Assembly (NCBI RefSeq): GCF_964204645.1
Contig: NC_134034.1
Coordinates: 11,234,962 to 11,298,961 of the forward strand
Direction: 5' to 3'
From: Tubulanus polymorphus
Lineage: Eukaryota; Animalia; Nemertea
Length of the DNA stretch: 64,000 nucleotides
Position 1 is the first letter of the stretch, and each line of letters starts with the position of its first letter. The position numbers and the translations under genes were made by a program. The notes under the pieces are model-generated. The model was not told the DNA's origin. It saw only the letters and a list, made by a program, of their open reading frames with translations, and ran no database searches. Of the stretch, positions 1 to 14,063 are shown piece by piece.

Positions 1-3000
1 GTTGGATTGGCTTTTAGCAATCAGTTGGTCTTACAAATGATTTTAGATATAGGCCCTTGTCCCTCGTGGGCTTAGGTTACCGATGATAGATTATGATATT
101 TACCATCGATTAAGTTACGTAGGTTACAGTAATTCGTCCCTTTGTCCAAGACGGCGTACCACACATCTGACGACGAGTAAGCCTGAAAGATGAATTCAAC
201 CGGTTCACGTTCATTTTCATTCATTTCATAGAAAAGAACATGTACATCGATACATCGTAATATTTACAATTATAGGATTGAGAAAAGTTTGATGTTTTAA
301 TGAATGTATGGAAAATGTGCTGTACAAAGATCATTGGGTTACGTTACATTTCCAAGCAAAGCCTTTATAGAATGCCGCTGAAGCGAGCACCCATGAGATG
401 AAAATGGATTGAAAGATATGCTATATTTATTGCGTATTTCTGCAATTATAAAAGGTTGGATCGTTGCAAAAGTGATTATCTCTGTAGCAGGAAATGAGAT
501 TTGATCTCTGTCTTGACGAAAAGGTCAACCCCATTGGGAAGGCAGGGTTTCAGACCCCAGAGATTACCCCGTACATCCGAGTTGGCTAGAAATTGCCTGA
601 ATTACTTACTTTGGAATCTAGGTTTTTTTTAGGGCATTGGGAAATTCTTTTAGAAATATTTCAATTTCCAAGAAAGTATTTACACTCCAACCATTTCCAC
701 GGTATGGAGGTAGACTAAAGAATATATTATAAACAATATTTACAAAACAACAGAAAATATAAACCCGTCTTGATAACAAAGTTATTAACAATACATTTCA
801 TACCACATTTACGCTATATTAACAATGGAGTGGTCTATATGCATTCATCAAAGCCTTGACCTTTTTTTATGTGAACGGCGACGCAAAATCTACCCCTTTT
901 CTAATTCAAATTTCCTACAGGGTGAATCTTAGGAAACAAATGCACTTTTAGAAAGTGAATATATAAGATATTTTGTTCAGGTGAAAGGCGTCCTCGGGTC
1001 TGTGTAGGTCCAGTTACTCGTGCAAGAGTACAGTGACGCGTCGCAGGTAAAATCAGTGTCACAAAAAGTCTCCGAGTTAAAAGAAAAATAAGAAATTGAT
1101 TTTGTTTTGTCCGAGTTAATCAGAATTTTGAGTTGACAATGCCCGAGTTATGTGAGGTTTATTGTATTCAATGATTTAATGTTTATAAGTGAGGGTTTTT
1201 CCTACCCTGAAGGTCCTTTTATACGGGAAGGTTCACTCGCGCTATATTGGCCGTCAATTGGCCGTCAACTGCGACGTTCATACACGGTTCGTGCGTTTGA
1301 CGACCATATGACAAACACCTACCTCGACCGAGCACGATTTTCCGTCCTCGCTTGCTTGAAATTTGAAAGATAAACTGTCGGAATATTTCGCTACCGGGGT
1401 CAAATGGCTGGCTTTAATTTCAGAGTCCGACGCAATTTTCAACTGAAAGAAATGATAGTAATTTCAATGCAAGAATTATAGCGATTTCAAATGGATGTTG
1501 TTGCGATGTCAATGAGCGCTTAAACTGGAAATGTACGACCAAATTGGACGTATCTCGCGGAACAGAATGGATGGCGGGGATCAGGGGGAGGGAATGTAAT
1601 AAAAAACTAAAACTGCAGGCCCAGTTACTCAGGGACATTATTGCGGAACTGGGTCCAGTTGGTCTTGATTCATAGGAATGGTCTTAAGAAATAGCTAGTA
1701 TAATATGTCCGAAGAAATACTAAGCTTGTATATGGCAAAATAGGTTTGAAAATGGCGTCATATCGAGTCGGAATGTCACTAGTAAAGTTTTTCTTAATTT
1801 TATTCGGTTAAGTTGTTCTTCATTGAGTTTTTTTTTCTTCGAGGCAATTGGAGGAGATGGTGTGACGGGTCGCGTGAAATATTTACGATATATAAGCACT
1901 TTTCTCCACCATTAGCGCAGTTATCGGCCGTTTTCCACGCGTCGATTTGAGCGAGAATTTTGCCGTGAATAACGCCGCAATTTTCACCGAACGTCCTACA
2001 AAACAGATAAGTGGAAAATTTCAAATATGATATAGAGGTACAGATGAGTCTGCGTTCCGAGTGATCAGTAGCCTGATTATAAACTCATTTAAACTCATAA
2101 GTTTTACTGACTACGGAACCAACGTCCCGCAGATCTGAGTTATTGATCTTGTAAACTCCTCTGAACTCAGTTTCAGTTTAGATTATTTACTCCGAAGTTA
2201 TGATAACATTGCACTGAACACGAAAATAACACGATAATTACAAAAATATAATGCTAGTTTTAGTAATAATTATATTGATAATAAAGTATGGAATAATTGA
2301 ATAATAATGGAAATATCAATAGTCCATTCTTAGTGACGCGTCCATGTCCCGTTAGTTACTGATATAGCGTGAAATAAACTCATTCAAACTCGTGAGTTTT
2401 AACTGAGCAAGGAACCCGTGTTCTGCAGTTCCCTGTCACCAATACAGATTATCATAGGTGAAAAAAAACCAAATATTTACAAATATACTTTTTTATACTC
2501 AGAACTGTGGAAGCCCTGAACGATGGAGACAAGGCGAATATTGATGAATTCCTGCTTTTTCTTTCAAAATGTTCATAAAAAATTCTGCTGCTTACCAGGC
2601 TATTTTACAAGACGCGTGCAATGGCATTCCAAACTTGCCGAAAAACAACCCCTCTGCACCAGCGCCGAACAGAGCAGCGACGGAGCAAACGAAAATCAAC
2701 GATTTCACGAACATCGTTCAATCTAAAGTGTTCAACTCGGTTTGTTACGCGGTAAGTTTGTGAACAGCACAGCAGGTCGTGGACGGATCTATATCGGAAT
2801 TGAGATTCGAACCTCCATTTATTTAGCCCGATGATAAGATATCGACGGCTGAAATTTCGACAATGAAGATAAAAATGATTGATATATGTAGAAATTTACT
2901 CCAATCAGCTTAAATCTATTCCACATCTCCGCTGGCCTACGAGGTTTTTTTATGCTAGTAATGATTTGTCCCACATCCAGAAATGACAGTCACAAAAGTT

Positions 3001-3103
3001 ATTGAAGCTAATACTCCCAGTGGCCAACCGGACAGACATAATGTATCAGACAGTATAGCCACCTCAGGTGGACGGACACGTGATCGAATAGTGCAACAGC
3101 CAG

Positions 3104-3262
3104 GGCTACCTTCGGTTATCTGAGTTAGTCGAGTATAGTCGAACTAAACGAAACCGAATATCCGATAGTCGGAACTATTTTCCGGAAATAGTTCGAAAAT
3201 CAAGCGCATTCGGTTATTAGTTCCGACCACTAGTCGACTAGATACGAAAACCGAATTTGGCC
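3104..3262. mobile_element. Palindromic MITE, PIF/Harbinger-like
   Basis: Imperfect 14-bp terminal inverted repeats (GGCTACCTTCGGTT / GGCCAAATTCGGTT), CAG on both flanks (3101-3103, 3263-3265) and an internal palindrome GAACTATTTTCCGGAAATAGTTC. The superfamily is inferred from the GG-start TIR plus the 3-bp CWG TSD. Confidence 0.6.
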
Positions 3263-3528
3263 CAGGGCGACTTCGGTTTCGTGGTTAGAGCCTCGGAGCT
3301 AATAACTTACAATAAAGTATACTATACGTTAACTAATAACGTATTTCACAGTCTCGGCCATCACGGAAATGGGTCCGAACTACAGCGACCGCGCTCAAAT
3401 CCATGGTCGCTTAAAGTTCGACTATAATCACAAACTGGCGATAACAAAATTTCGCCCAGGAGTACCGTGGCAAAAGGGCATTTGCAAGTTTATTCATCAT
3501 CAGTTTCATAAAAGAATAAAATAAAACA

Positions 3529-3601
3529 AGGTTCCATCGGGTTTCGAACCCGAGACCTTCTGCGTGTTAAGCAGATGTGATAACCACTACACCATGGAAC
3601 C
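3529..3601 (-). tRNA. tRNA-Val(AAC)
   Basis: The reverse complement GGTTCCA TG GTG TAGTGGTTAT CAC A TCTGC TTAACAC GCAGA AGGTC TCGGG TTCGAAA CCCGA TGGAACC T folds into a full cloverleaf with a perfect 7-bp acceptor stem, A and B boxes, anticodon AAC and downstream T-runs (Pol III terminator). Confidence 0.93.
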
Positions 3602-4353
3602 GATATATATTACATGTACTTTTGTGCCTTATCTTAAACTGCGTATACATATTTTGCCTCTTTCTAAAGATTTGGACAAGAACTATCAGGTGATCAGTCT
3701 ATAGACTAACTATTTAAGATACATGAGCAAAAGGTGGGACAGAAAGTTACCGCTGCCTTTATAAGCGTCGCGAAAGATACAACTTTTTAGTCTATTTTAG
3801 TAGAATCCGAAGTTTGATGGAGTAGAAAACTAACATATGTAAATATGTGAGTCGGGGTTTTAGTGATGGATTGATATTTTCTTATCTGAAGACTTTTCTT
3901 GTGATTGATCGATTTGGATTTGAACTGTCACAGTGTGTGACTCGGCGTCGGCGGCGTCGGTGAATTTCCGACCGTCCATCAAAACCAAGATCTTATTGTC
4001 TCAGATCTCCGAGAACTCGTTGTTTCGTGGAGAAAACGGGTTGATATTTCACCGTTGATATTTCACCTAACTGACAATGCAGGGAATGGTTGCTCAAAGG
4101 TTGTTTAGACTCTTAGCCGTTCGTTAGGCTGGGTTGCTCGAAAATCTAATTGACTATAGTGGTTAACTAACCGGTGGATAAGTTGGTTACCTTACCGATT
4201 ATCTTAACCAACCTTTGAGCAACCGGCCTCAGAGAAATTTCTGGAGAAAAAACACATTTTTTTACAAAATATCTGAACCAATCTCCTGTTGAGTCGTTGA
4301 ATATGTGCTTTTCTACCAAAAAAATTCATTTCTTTTTAAATTGCCTGAACCCG

Positions 4354-4471
4354 GGGTTGCAGTTGCTGAAAAGTTGGTTCATACAAGTGGATAGTTGATA
4401 TAGTGACAATTAGAATTTCATTGTAACTATGGTAATCATCCGCGTAACCAAGCTTTCAGCAACTGCAGTCC
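4354..4471. mobile_element. MITE family C (TIR core TGCAGTTGCTGAAA..TTGGTT)
   Basis: Inverted termini. A homologous copy lies at 42192-42323 in the opposite orientation (shared internal GTGGATAGT/GTGACAATTA), and a related degenerate copy at about 4128-4228. Confidence 0.65.
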
Positions 4472-5231
4472 CGTTCTCGACCCATGAGTATTCAAGCCGA
4501 TCAGAGCGCCCAAACCACTCGGATACCGAGATAGCGACAGACGGAGTTTGTCTGGTCAGTGTGGTGACCGGCAGTCATATAGGTGTGGTGACTATTCACT
4601 ACTAACACCCTCACAAGTGGATCTTTATAGTAGAGTTCTAGCAAATTCACATTGCATAAATCGGACCGGGGCCGAGAACGCTATCTTCTATTTTACCGAT
4701 TCAGCAGTTATAGTCGTTACATCATCGCCAGGGAAGGAAACGTGATGAATGTGAAATTGATGAATTTCGTGTGACGCCTTTAAAGAGATTAGAGACACTT
4801 TGCTCTACCGGATTTTCTACTGATGATACTACGAATTAAGTGTATTTGCAATGCAAACTGCCTTTTTTAATTCAACATCGCCTGAAAGTGCAATGATTTT
4901 TTAGAAATAAATAAATATTTCAATTCGATTTAATTTCGAATTACGACTTTAAGGGGCTCTGAGGGGGACGGGGATGACCTCCCCCCGGGACTACGGGCGG
5001 TCGCATTTTAAGGTTCCACCGTGCCTCCTCAGTCAGAAAATTCCAATATTTTCCGTAGCCGATGCCGATTCATTTTATGCCGATCCCTCCACTTTTAACA
5101 ATACTACATCATGTTACGCAAATACCGAAAACATGTAATATCATCGTAAGCATCGCTTCAAGCAAAATAAAATCGTTGCAAATTTGACATTTCAATACAT
5201 TTAAAATCCGTTAAACGACGATATCGCGCCC

Positions 5232-5360
5232 CACGTGATCACGTGCGCGTGGCGTGTCGCGATGATTGACAGTTTTTTAATTGATCTGATAAACACCCCA
5301 AGCGATGCGGAACGAAGGATGGTGGACGTCGCGATTGGTATAGAGTAGCGACCAATGAGT
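5232..5360 (+). promoter_or_regulatory. Candidate Pol II promoter (tandem E-boxes, paired CCAAT boxes)
   Basis: CACGTGATCACGTG, then GATTGG and CCAAT within about 25 bp, in CpG-rich unique sequence upstream of a perfect splice donor. Confidence 0.4.
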
Positions 5361-5429
5361 AAAATAACATAGTACAATATACAAAGGAAACAAAACAGTC
5401 ATTGTTGGTAGGTTTATTCTAATGGTAGC

Positions 5430-5699
5430 TGCGGCAGCGGATCGCAGTGGTAGTTGATGCAGGTGCCGACGGCAGCGGATAGCGCGAACGATACGGCGCT
5501 CTCTCGTGATCTAACATTTGATACGCGAAAATTACGACGGATGCATTCGACAAGAGAGGGACAGAGACAGCAGTAAGAAAAATAGTAAGAGGATCAACGC
5601 AAACTCGTGATAAGTGGCGAGAGAGAGAGAAAAAAAGAGAGGAGACAGAGTGTCTTCTAAGCGAGGATAGAACTGTCCTCGTCAGAGATTACAGACAAG
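5430..5699 (+). other. Candidate non-coding first exon (5' boundary approximate)
   Basis: Ends in the consensus donor AAG|GTGAGT. It is purine-rich leader-like sequence with no long ORF. Confidence 0.45.
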
Positions 5700-6404
5700 G
5701 TGAGTCGATTTGTTTGAACTCATGTTTCAAGATGTCTTAGTACTCTAAGTATCGTAGATTGGCCTACTGTACACATTTCTAGGTAAACCTCCTCTTTAAA
5801 TGCTCACTTTTTCTTCAAACATTCCTCCTTATTGTTACCTTCCCTGAAATTAAATCGGAATTCTTGCGCGTATTCTAATAGCCGTGGTATTTGTATTCAT
5901 CGGTTTTTTATTCTTTTATTCGAATACATAAATCAAGGTTCCTATTGAGTAATCTTGACGACCCGACACGACTCCGCACCAGAATTTATTCACTTTTAAA
6001 ATGAACTATTTATACTCATTCTGTAGACCAGGGAAACCCGTTTCATTGTCATATAGGCTTTAAAATGACGTTGAGTACAATATATCGATGATAGTTCGAT
6101 GGAATTTTGACCCGGTTTCAAGTGAAATATCCTGAAAAACTGGCCCCCGTTTTGAGCGCTGGTTTTAGGAAGACGACGTCTACGCTTCAACCCACTGGCT
6201 GGGTTTAGGGTTTACTATCTGAATCGAGGATTGTTTCGCCCACAGTAATTAAAAACGCTTGCTTCTTCAATTTTATGGTCGTCATTGACATTTAATTCAT
6301 ACAATGACGATGTTTTGGGGTCCACTGCGGCATGTAGGGAACACGTCGATGTCCAATATTGTCCCGAAAGCGGACATAAAATCTCTTTCGATTCTAAACG
6401 CCTA

Positions 6405-6650
6405 CACCATCCCCCTCTCTCCTCCCCTTCCTCTCTCCTCACCCCTCTCTCCATCTCTCTCCTTTTTTCTCCCCTCTTCCTCTTCTCATCTAGTTTCCCA
6501 TCTTTTCTATTCCGCCTCCCACCTCCCCTCCCCTCGTCTTTTCTCTCCCTTCCCTCCTCCCTTCTCCACTCTCCCCTTCATCCCATTATCTCTAAGTCGT
6601 TTACGCCCCCTCTCACCCTCGCCCCTCTTTCATCACAATCTTTTCCTTCC
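6405..6650. repeat. CT-rich low-complexity tract
   Basis: Polypyrimidine run seen directly. It explains ORFs 6285 and 6304. Confidence 0.85.
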
Positions 6651-7187
6651 TTGAATATACTCAAATAAAACACGCACTCGTAGCTCGGTGTGCCAGCTAC
6701 GGCGGACCGGAAACGGAAATGTTTTGATGTACGACAGAGCGGTCGTCTTTGGGTTAATAGTTTTATTGATTTCCGATCGCGGACAATGAATGAGGTTCGT
6801 TCGTCCGCCAGGCTGCGCTTGTAGTTCGGTAGGCGCCCCGTAGATTTTTCAATCACCGTCGATAACCTAACGTAAGAGAATGAAAGCGCGATCTCGATCG
6901 CTAAGGATCAATCATACGCGGAGCTTAGAATAATCAATTTTCTGATCGATATTATAACGGACCAATTTTGTTCGCATATTCCATCGAATTGAAACGAATT
7001 CAACAGATATTATCAACGTTCCGTCCATTTCAGAGCAAAATAGAGAATTTGCAGTCAATTACGAAAAAAGAAACAAAAAATAAAAGCATTTTGAAACATA
7101 ACAATTCACGTTATTAACAAACATGTTTTATCTACAATTCAGTATCATTTATACAGCACACAAGCAAGAGCGGTCTGGGGCGACCGG

Positions 7188-7331
7188 GGTCCAGTTCCAC
7201 AGTTCCGAGTTGAGATTTAACTCTGAGTAAACTCATTGAAAATGAACTAACTAACTCAAGAGTTTACTGTAACCATGGACTCTATTCGTTTTAGAGTCCA
7301 TGCTCTAACTCAGAACTGCTGAAGTGGGTCC
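7188..7331. mobile_element. MITE family A copy carrying a 29-bp hairpin insertion
   Basis: Homologous to 40042-40149 (GGTCCAGTTCCACAG...AACTCATTGAAAATGAACTAACT...), with extra sequence at 7274-7302. Confidence 0.75.
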
Positions 7332-9073
7332 AAGGACTAGTCCCACCCTAAATTTTTTGAGCTGCCTTTAAAACTTTAGAAACATTTCTTTTTTGTATTG
7401 CCCCATATTCAATGTATATAACTCGGATTAGCATCTATTTGTGGAAACATTATTTGGAAGGTTTTGGTCACGGAGAATCTGTTCTATTCGCCGTGGTGCT
7501 AGTCGCGCCATCTGGTGGCATACGGGTACAATCCGTACGGGTACGATCATCATTTGCTGCTAAATTAGCTAGAATGTCCACGAGCAATATTTACTCGATT
7601 CCGCTGATAAAGGTTACGATAATGGCCGCTCCAGTGCTCGGGGTAAAGACAGATTCACATTATATCTATATATATATATACCTATTTCCTCCCGCGTGAC
7701 GAGAAATATATTAGAATACCTCTCTCACTCCGACACACCGCCGGAACAGACGGTACCTAATTACGGCGTACAGCGTTTTAACCACAGTTGAATAAGTTCA
7801 CTCGTTAGGGGAGTGCGCGTTCGTACGAAATGACTGGAAATTATACATGTCAGATTTTACAGAACTTGCTGCTACTCATGAACGTCATCTCACCGTGTCG
7901 AATGCACCGGCACGCGCGTAGATATCGGCGAGCCCATCCCGGAATATCACGAGTACACGACGTAATTACGTAGTTTTTATCAAAGAAATTTGAATTTTTT
8001 GCGTACGACAAGAAACCGATATTACGAAACGTTTTGAAGTATAAACCGGTACCATCCGGATGCAGTTCCACGGCCAGTTGCGTGAGAGTTGACTCAGAAT
8101 TAACTCGTTGAAAATCAACAAACTCTTAGGGAGCATCTCAAAATTTCGATAGTTTCTTCAATTAGAATAATTCGCGGAAGGGGGTGAGGGGAGGGGGTGT
8201 AGGGCTCCCGCGGATTCATCACGATCGACTGCCGAACTATCGATTTATTGCGGTGCAAAATAACATTGAATTGAATTGCAGTTTCAAATATATATATTAC
8301 AAGCAGTAGATTTAACCGTCTCTCTTCTTGATGCTGTGGTTGAAACCAATTAGACAGTTATTCTAATTGACGGAACTATACAAGTTTTGAGATGCTCCCT
8401 TATACGATGGACTTTTAATATATCTAAACACGATCATGAAGTCGTGTTTAGTAGAAATCACACGAGGCCAGTCGCGAAATAAAGGGAAAATCCCACGCGC
8501 GCGTCTCAATGCGCATGCCGGCCCGGCAGCGATTTTACGTGATGTATATATAAAACTCATATAAATCGAATTTGTACGTCTTTGATAATCAAAGCGCATA
8601 AAACCATCAGTAAAAACAACAAGGGTCTCGATTTCAAAAGAAATGGCGCCCATCGCCGTATTGCCGACGGCAAAATACTGAAAATAGTTGTCGTTTTATA
8701 TAACCGTGTGGAATACATCGTACGTCGTATACATCATACATGTGCGTACACGGCGTACCCGTACATATATACAATATTACTGTCATTACTGTCATACGAT
8801 AACCTTTAAACGTGTTTTTAGTATTAGTGAAGTTCAATCGATAAATATGAGAAATAAAGACGAAATACTGACTATATACGCGGCTCGCGCGCACGCGCAT
8901 TACGATTCGTTTATCTGTATATCAATTATGTACTCGTCTTGGTGCCTAGGAAGAGACATTTGCACTTGACAATAGATGACGAAAACCGTAGATTTACAGT
9001 TGAAACCGTCATCAGATATAAGTCGTCACATTACCGAAGTTCTATTTCGTCTAGTTCTAGTATTTCCAGTTCA

Positions 9074-9293
<220 letters not shown>

Positions 9294-10904
9294 ATATTTT
9301 GATATTCGACCGAAATAGCAAGAGTGTTATGAAATCTCGGATATTTTCAATTGAAAAGAAACAAAAATATCTGGATTTGCCATATTTACATTTCTCGCTT
9401 AATCCTGCTGTACTGGTGGACAAAAACGTTGGCAGAAAAACCGGGTTATGGAACTAAGAAAATAGATATAAAGAAATTCGATTTCGGCATATATTCTTGA
9501 TACAAGTTCATCGAAATTTAGTACTTCGAATAGATAGGCCTAATATATAACGAAATCAAAAGACATTCCGACAGCGAATTTATATATTTTCTTGTATAAG
9601 GAACATGTATTTTCTGAAACAGAGTTCATGTACATCACATATTATATACCTTGTCATTTAGACGGGTGATATCTCAAATGATAGAAAAGAAATTGCTCAT
9701 TTCGCAGAAATTGCCTTCTCCCCGCGGGGCGAAAAAATGATGTCGATACTGGGATTTTTGAAATAAACGAAAACTGATAAAAACCCGTCGTATTGTTGAG
9801 ATTTATAGCAGTGCTTTCTTTCACTCGTCAGTCACGCAGTGCCTTCTTTCACTCGTCAGTCACGCAGATAGATAGGCTGGCGCTGCGATCGTCAGAGAGA
9901 GGCGGCAATTTTCGTGTCAATTTTCCCAGAGACAAATCGATCGCTACAAAGGAGGAACACAAAATGAGGCGATGTACGAATATTAAGATAAAAATCCTAT
10001 CGAAAGAGTTGGAAACACGCGGGCGTTTTTCTTAACTTGTTCGGGGGTATGCGGTTCACAGATGTTACCATGGGACACAGACACGGGAACAATATTTTCT
10101 CGATCGATAGTGTAGTCGATTTGTGTCGGTGTATGCTTAACGATAAAGTACAACGTTTATATATAGGTCCGACCCATCCAGCGAAACGGTTACCTCGATC
10201 CTGCGTCAAAATTATTAAGAAACAGTTCTAATTCAATCTCTACTGCGCAAAATGACATCGAATGAAAGAACAGACGACAGCTGCCGCTGTGGAGGATAAA
10301 GGAATTCATCTGAATGAAAAAAAAATATTAATGATATTAATAATAACAACTCATGCTTCGTCGCGACAATACGGAGCCGTAGTTACGGTTTCTGAAAATG
10401 GATCGATTTAAATCTCATTCCTCGCTCTCTCTCTCTCTCCCACTATCTGTCTCTCTGTTTTCTGTAGAGACTATGATGAGTTGTGTTCATAAGCGTCAGT
10501 AATTAATTTTCCGTCGATGAAGCACAGCGTTTAACCCCCACCGCCGCGGCGCCCTCCTCCCCTCCCCCGCTGTCGCCGTGTGCGTGTGTCGTCGCGGGAA
10601 CGAAAATCGTTTGTTTCGAGGTGTCATCAACAGTGCGATATTAAATACCTCAGCTTTATTTCAGCTACGTATAAGCTGTACTGATTGTCGTTTGAAGTCG
10701 TTGCAAGCGTTACCCTTTTTCTCTCCTCGCTCCATTCGACCTCATCTCCATGCCTCCCCACTCCACCTGTCTTCTCTCCCCCTCCTCTCTTTAGTGTTCT
10801 CTCGCATCCCTACCCTCTTCTTTTCTCCCCCTCGTCCTCATACTTGCCATATTCAACAGGGAATGATCTCCTAAATTTTCAAGGATTCTCCCCTCACGCC
10901 CCAT

Positions 10905-11047
10905 CTCCCAGTCCGTCCACTCTCCACTCCTCCCAGTCCGTCCACTCTCCACTCCTCCCAGTCCGTCCACTCTCCACTCCTCCCAGTCCGTCCACTCTCC
11001 AGTCCGTCCACTCTCCACTGCTCCCAGTCCGTCCACTCTCCACTCCT
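10905..11047. repeat. 25-bp minisatellite (CCCAGTCCGTCCACTCTCCACTCCT)
   Basis: About 6 tandem copies, one of them truncated. Confidence 0.9.
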
Positions 11048-12189
11048 AATATTTGTCTCTGTGTTGAATGGTTATGCAGCAGTCTCAGAATCTCATGTTT
11101 ATTTATTGCGGAACAAACCGGGCGACGCGATATAAATTGCTAATTTAGGCGCTCGGAACGGAACCGATACGAAACGACGAACCGGACGCACCGCCGCACA
11201 AGGTGCCGTGCAGATGCGCGCGACGTCTGCCTGATTTAGTAGTCTAAATATTCACGACCAGGCCACTTTATCCCTCTGATTTAAATATATTACATACTGC
11301 TTAACAAACGACTTAAATTTATCGAGGAATATATGTATTCAAGCGGTCATCTGGGGTCAGGCACACGCAACACCTGCGACCAGTGGGCCAACTTTGGCTC
11401 CAGCAGTAAGGAGCGTCCTGGGTTGTACCTTCGTCTCCAGAGGCGTATCCAGGGATACCGGAAAGGAGGTGCCCACTTCAAAAAAGTAGGACCTTTTTCG
11501 ATTCTGTTGATATTAATTAGTTGTTCAACGTCAACTATTCTTCAGAAAATATTCAGTCCGGCATTTTTTGAGGATAGAAGTTTTGAGGGACCTCAAATTC
11601 TAGGGGTTGATCGGACGATCACGGGCACCTCCTCCACCACCGGCCTCGTCCCATCCCCCCACCCCCGTGCCATTTGAAACTCTCTCTATCAGCGGGAACA
11701 CTCGAACACACCACTTATCAGTTCAGCCCAAAACGTTAATTCAAAAATTGTAACCGTCGGCAAATTCGTGCTCTGACTCCCGGTTTTTGGGGGGCTTAAA
11801 ATTGAAATTGGAACAAAATCCGATAATTTCCATAGAACTCGAGGAGTCGATCGATAAAAATCAAGCGCTCTCTTCTAAAAACCGACTGTAAAGATTTTTT
11901 TTGTTTCGCAAGGGATGAACTCGCGTCTGAAAGGAATAAGATATCATCTCACGTCTCATTTTCCTGTTGTCGCCAATTCGAAATACGATCTGGAAAATTA
12001 ACTATTAATCTGACGAATAGTACAACAAAAATATTGAAAATGTTTCCTAACTCCAGATTCAATTCCTGAATCGAATCGAGATCTATTGTGTTTAATTTCG
12101 AAGGAAGCTCGAATTCATGTTTTGTCTTCACACCGCATCCCTGGAATTATTTGCGAGCTTGAAACCGACGGATAAAGCCGTCATTTTTT

Positions 12190-12481
12190 CATCCTCGCTT
12201 GCCTGGGTTTGTTGCCGCTCGCCGAAACCCACGCCGACACAAACCCTGGCCCTAAACCCATTCATTGGCCTATTACATCGCCGTAGGTTTTCTGGGTGGA
12301 CAGGTAGCCGCTCAGCGACCACCAGTCAATATATCTAGCCAATCAGATGCGTTGTTTTGACCAAACCCGAGACTGGTTGCCTGTCCAAGTCTGCGCCACC
12401 TGCATCGCGGTCAGAATAGTCAGAATCTAACTTAACGTAGATCGGCAACCAGTCTTGACCATACCCTGGCATGCGAGGATG
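12190..12481. mobile_element. MITE with CATCCTCGCWTGCCWGGGT termini, containing a nested TIR element
   Basis: 19-bp inverted termini with 2 mismatches. An internal perfect 12-bp inverted pair AGACTGGTTGCC lies at 12370-12381 and 12444-12455. Confidence 0.65.
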
Positions 12482-13184
12482 TTATTTTTATTCTCGCGAT
12501 TCTAGTGCGCGCGCAGACGTGTGCACGGTGGTACAGCGGTACGAACTTTGCACCCGATCACTTCATCGAACTTCTTGAAACAGCGAATCGGCAATTATTT
12601 AGAACTTATTGCTTCCTCGGCGGAAAATGAATAGCTTTATTGCGATAGAATAGCGATTTGACGTCTGTGCGGGGATCACGACATTCGACGTTCATTATTC
12701 GATATTCGACATATCATTTTAAATCGATGAAAATGATAGATTTCGACGATGAGATTTCGTGATCGAATTTCGATTATTGATGAACGTTATCGAGAAAGAG
12801 ATTGAAATTGGAAAATGCGACATTACATTTTAATTCAACTTTAAAATGTCACTCGGCATACAACACTCGAGTGCATCTCCTGGGGGCGTACTCTTTTATG
12901 ACCTCCGAAGTCTCCGTCCGAAATCTCCGGCTTGCTCCACACAAAATCCGAGAATCACAGCACCTTGACAGAAAGGAGGTTTCGGGGACTCCAAAAAGTC
13001 ACGTGACCAATAATAGAGCACGATTGGAGGCAAACGGATTCTCCGATCTGATAAAAGAGTACGCCATGGGCCCAGTTTAAGCCTAAAACGGTTAAGGTTG
13101 AATTATTGTCCTCATTGAAAACATGAAGTAACCAATGGAAATTAAACCAAAAATTTGAGTTAACCTTTTTTGTGAAACCGTTTA

Positions 13185-13380
13185 ATTTGACGGTGGATCC
13201 AGTTCCACATTGTGGGTTTTGACTCTGAACTCAGTTCCACAAATGTGTGGGTTGGACTGGACCCAGTTCCACAGTTGTGTGGGTTTAATCCGTTTTTGTA
13301 TCCGCAGTTCCACAGTTGTGTGGGTTTAATCAGTCCCTGGATCCAGTTCCACAGTTCGATTCTGAGTCCAGTTCCACCAG
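13185..13380 (+). repeat. Tandem array of about 30-40 bp units built on CCAGTTCCACA
   Basis: About 6 degenerate copies. It is the reverse-complement relative of 28660-29075. Confidence 0.8.
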
Positions 13381-13874
13381 ACCCCGCTGTCGGGACTGAT
13401 GGCACAGAGACCCGTACACTACCATAACGCGATTCATTTGCGACTACACTATAACAAACTCAAGACCAGTACCACCAGCATGTTGTGTAAAAGACAAGCA
13501 CCCTTGAATTACTGTTCATCGGTGGAGACTATATAACGGCTCGGCGCGATAACGAGAGCCCATAACCAGTTGAAAACGACCGTAAAAACTGGCGAACCTA
13601 ATGCGTACCTAATCATAGCTATTGACCACCAATGAGAGTCACACAAATCAAACGCCGTCTTTATTTATTTGGCGCCCGTTAATAAAAGATACACACACGC
13701 GTATCGGTCTAGACGTAATAGACTGCTGGTCATATAGAGCCATAGCGTTCATAAACAAACATGTAATAATGCGTCGGTTAATGCGCCGAACATTCCTGTT
13801 CTTAACGGTTTTTTGGCTCGTAAATAAGGCCCTGATTGGACAGGTTTTTCTGGCCCGAGGGAAACGTAACAAGT

Positions 13875-14023
13875 AAACTAACCAGAAAGTTTCTCGACGC
13901 CTTGATAAATAACGCACATATTGCTTGATATTGCCGACAAGGAATGATATAGAATGCAACTATACAATAGTAATGGTCGATAAATGTTGAATGATTGAAT
14001 TGAATTGACCGGCAACCAGTCTA
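13875..14023 (+). mobile_element. Dispersed repeat ending TTGAATTGACCGGCAACCAGTCTAG
   Basis: The same terminus occurs at about 21355 (-), 23213 (+) and 49668 (+). Confidence 0.65.
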
Positions 14024-14063
14024 GCCCCGATATGTTAACAAATCGTAGGCCTTTGAAATCGAC

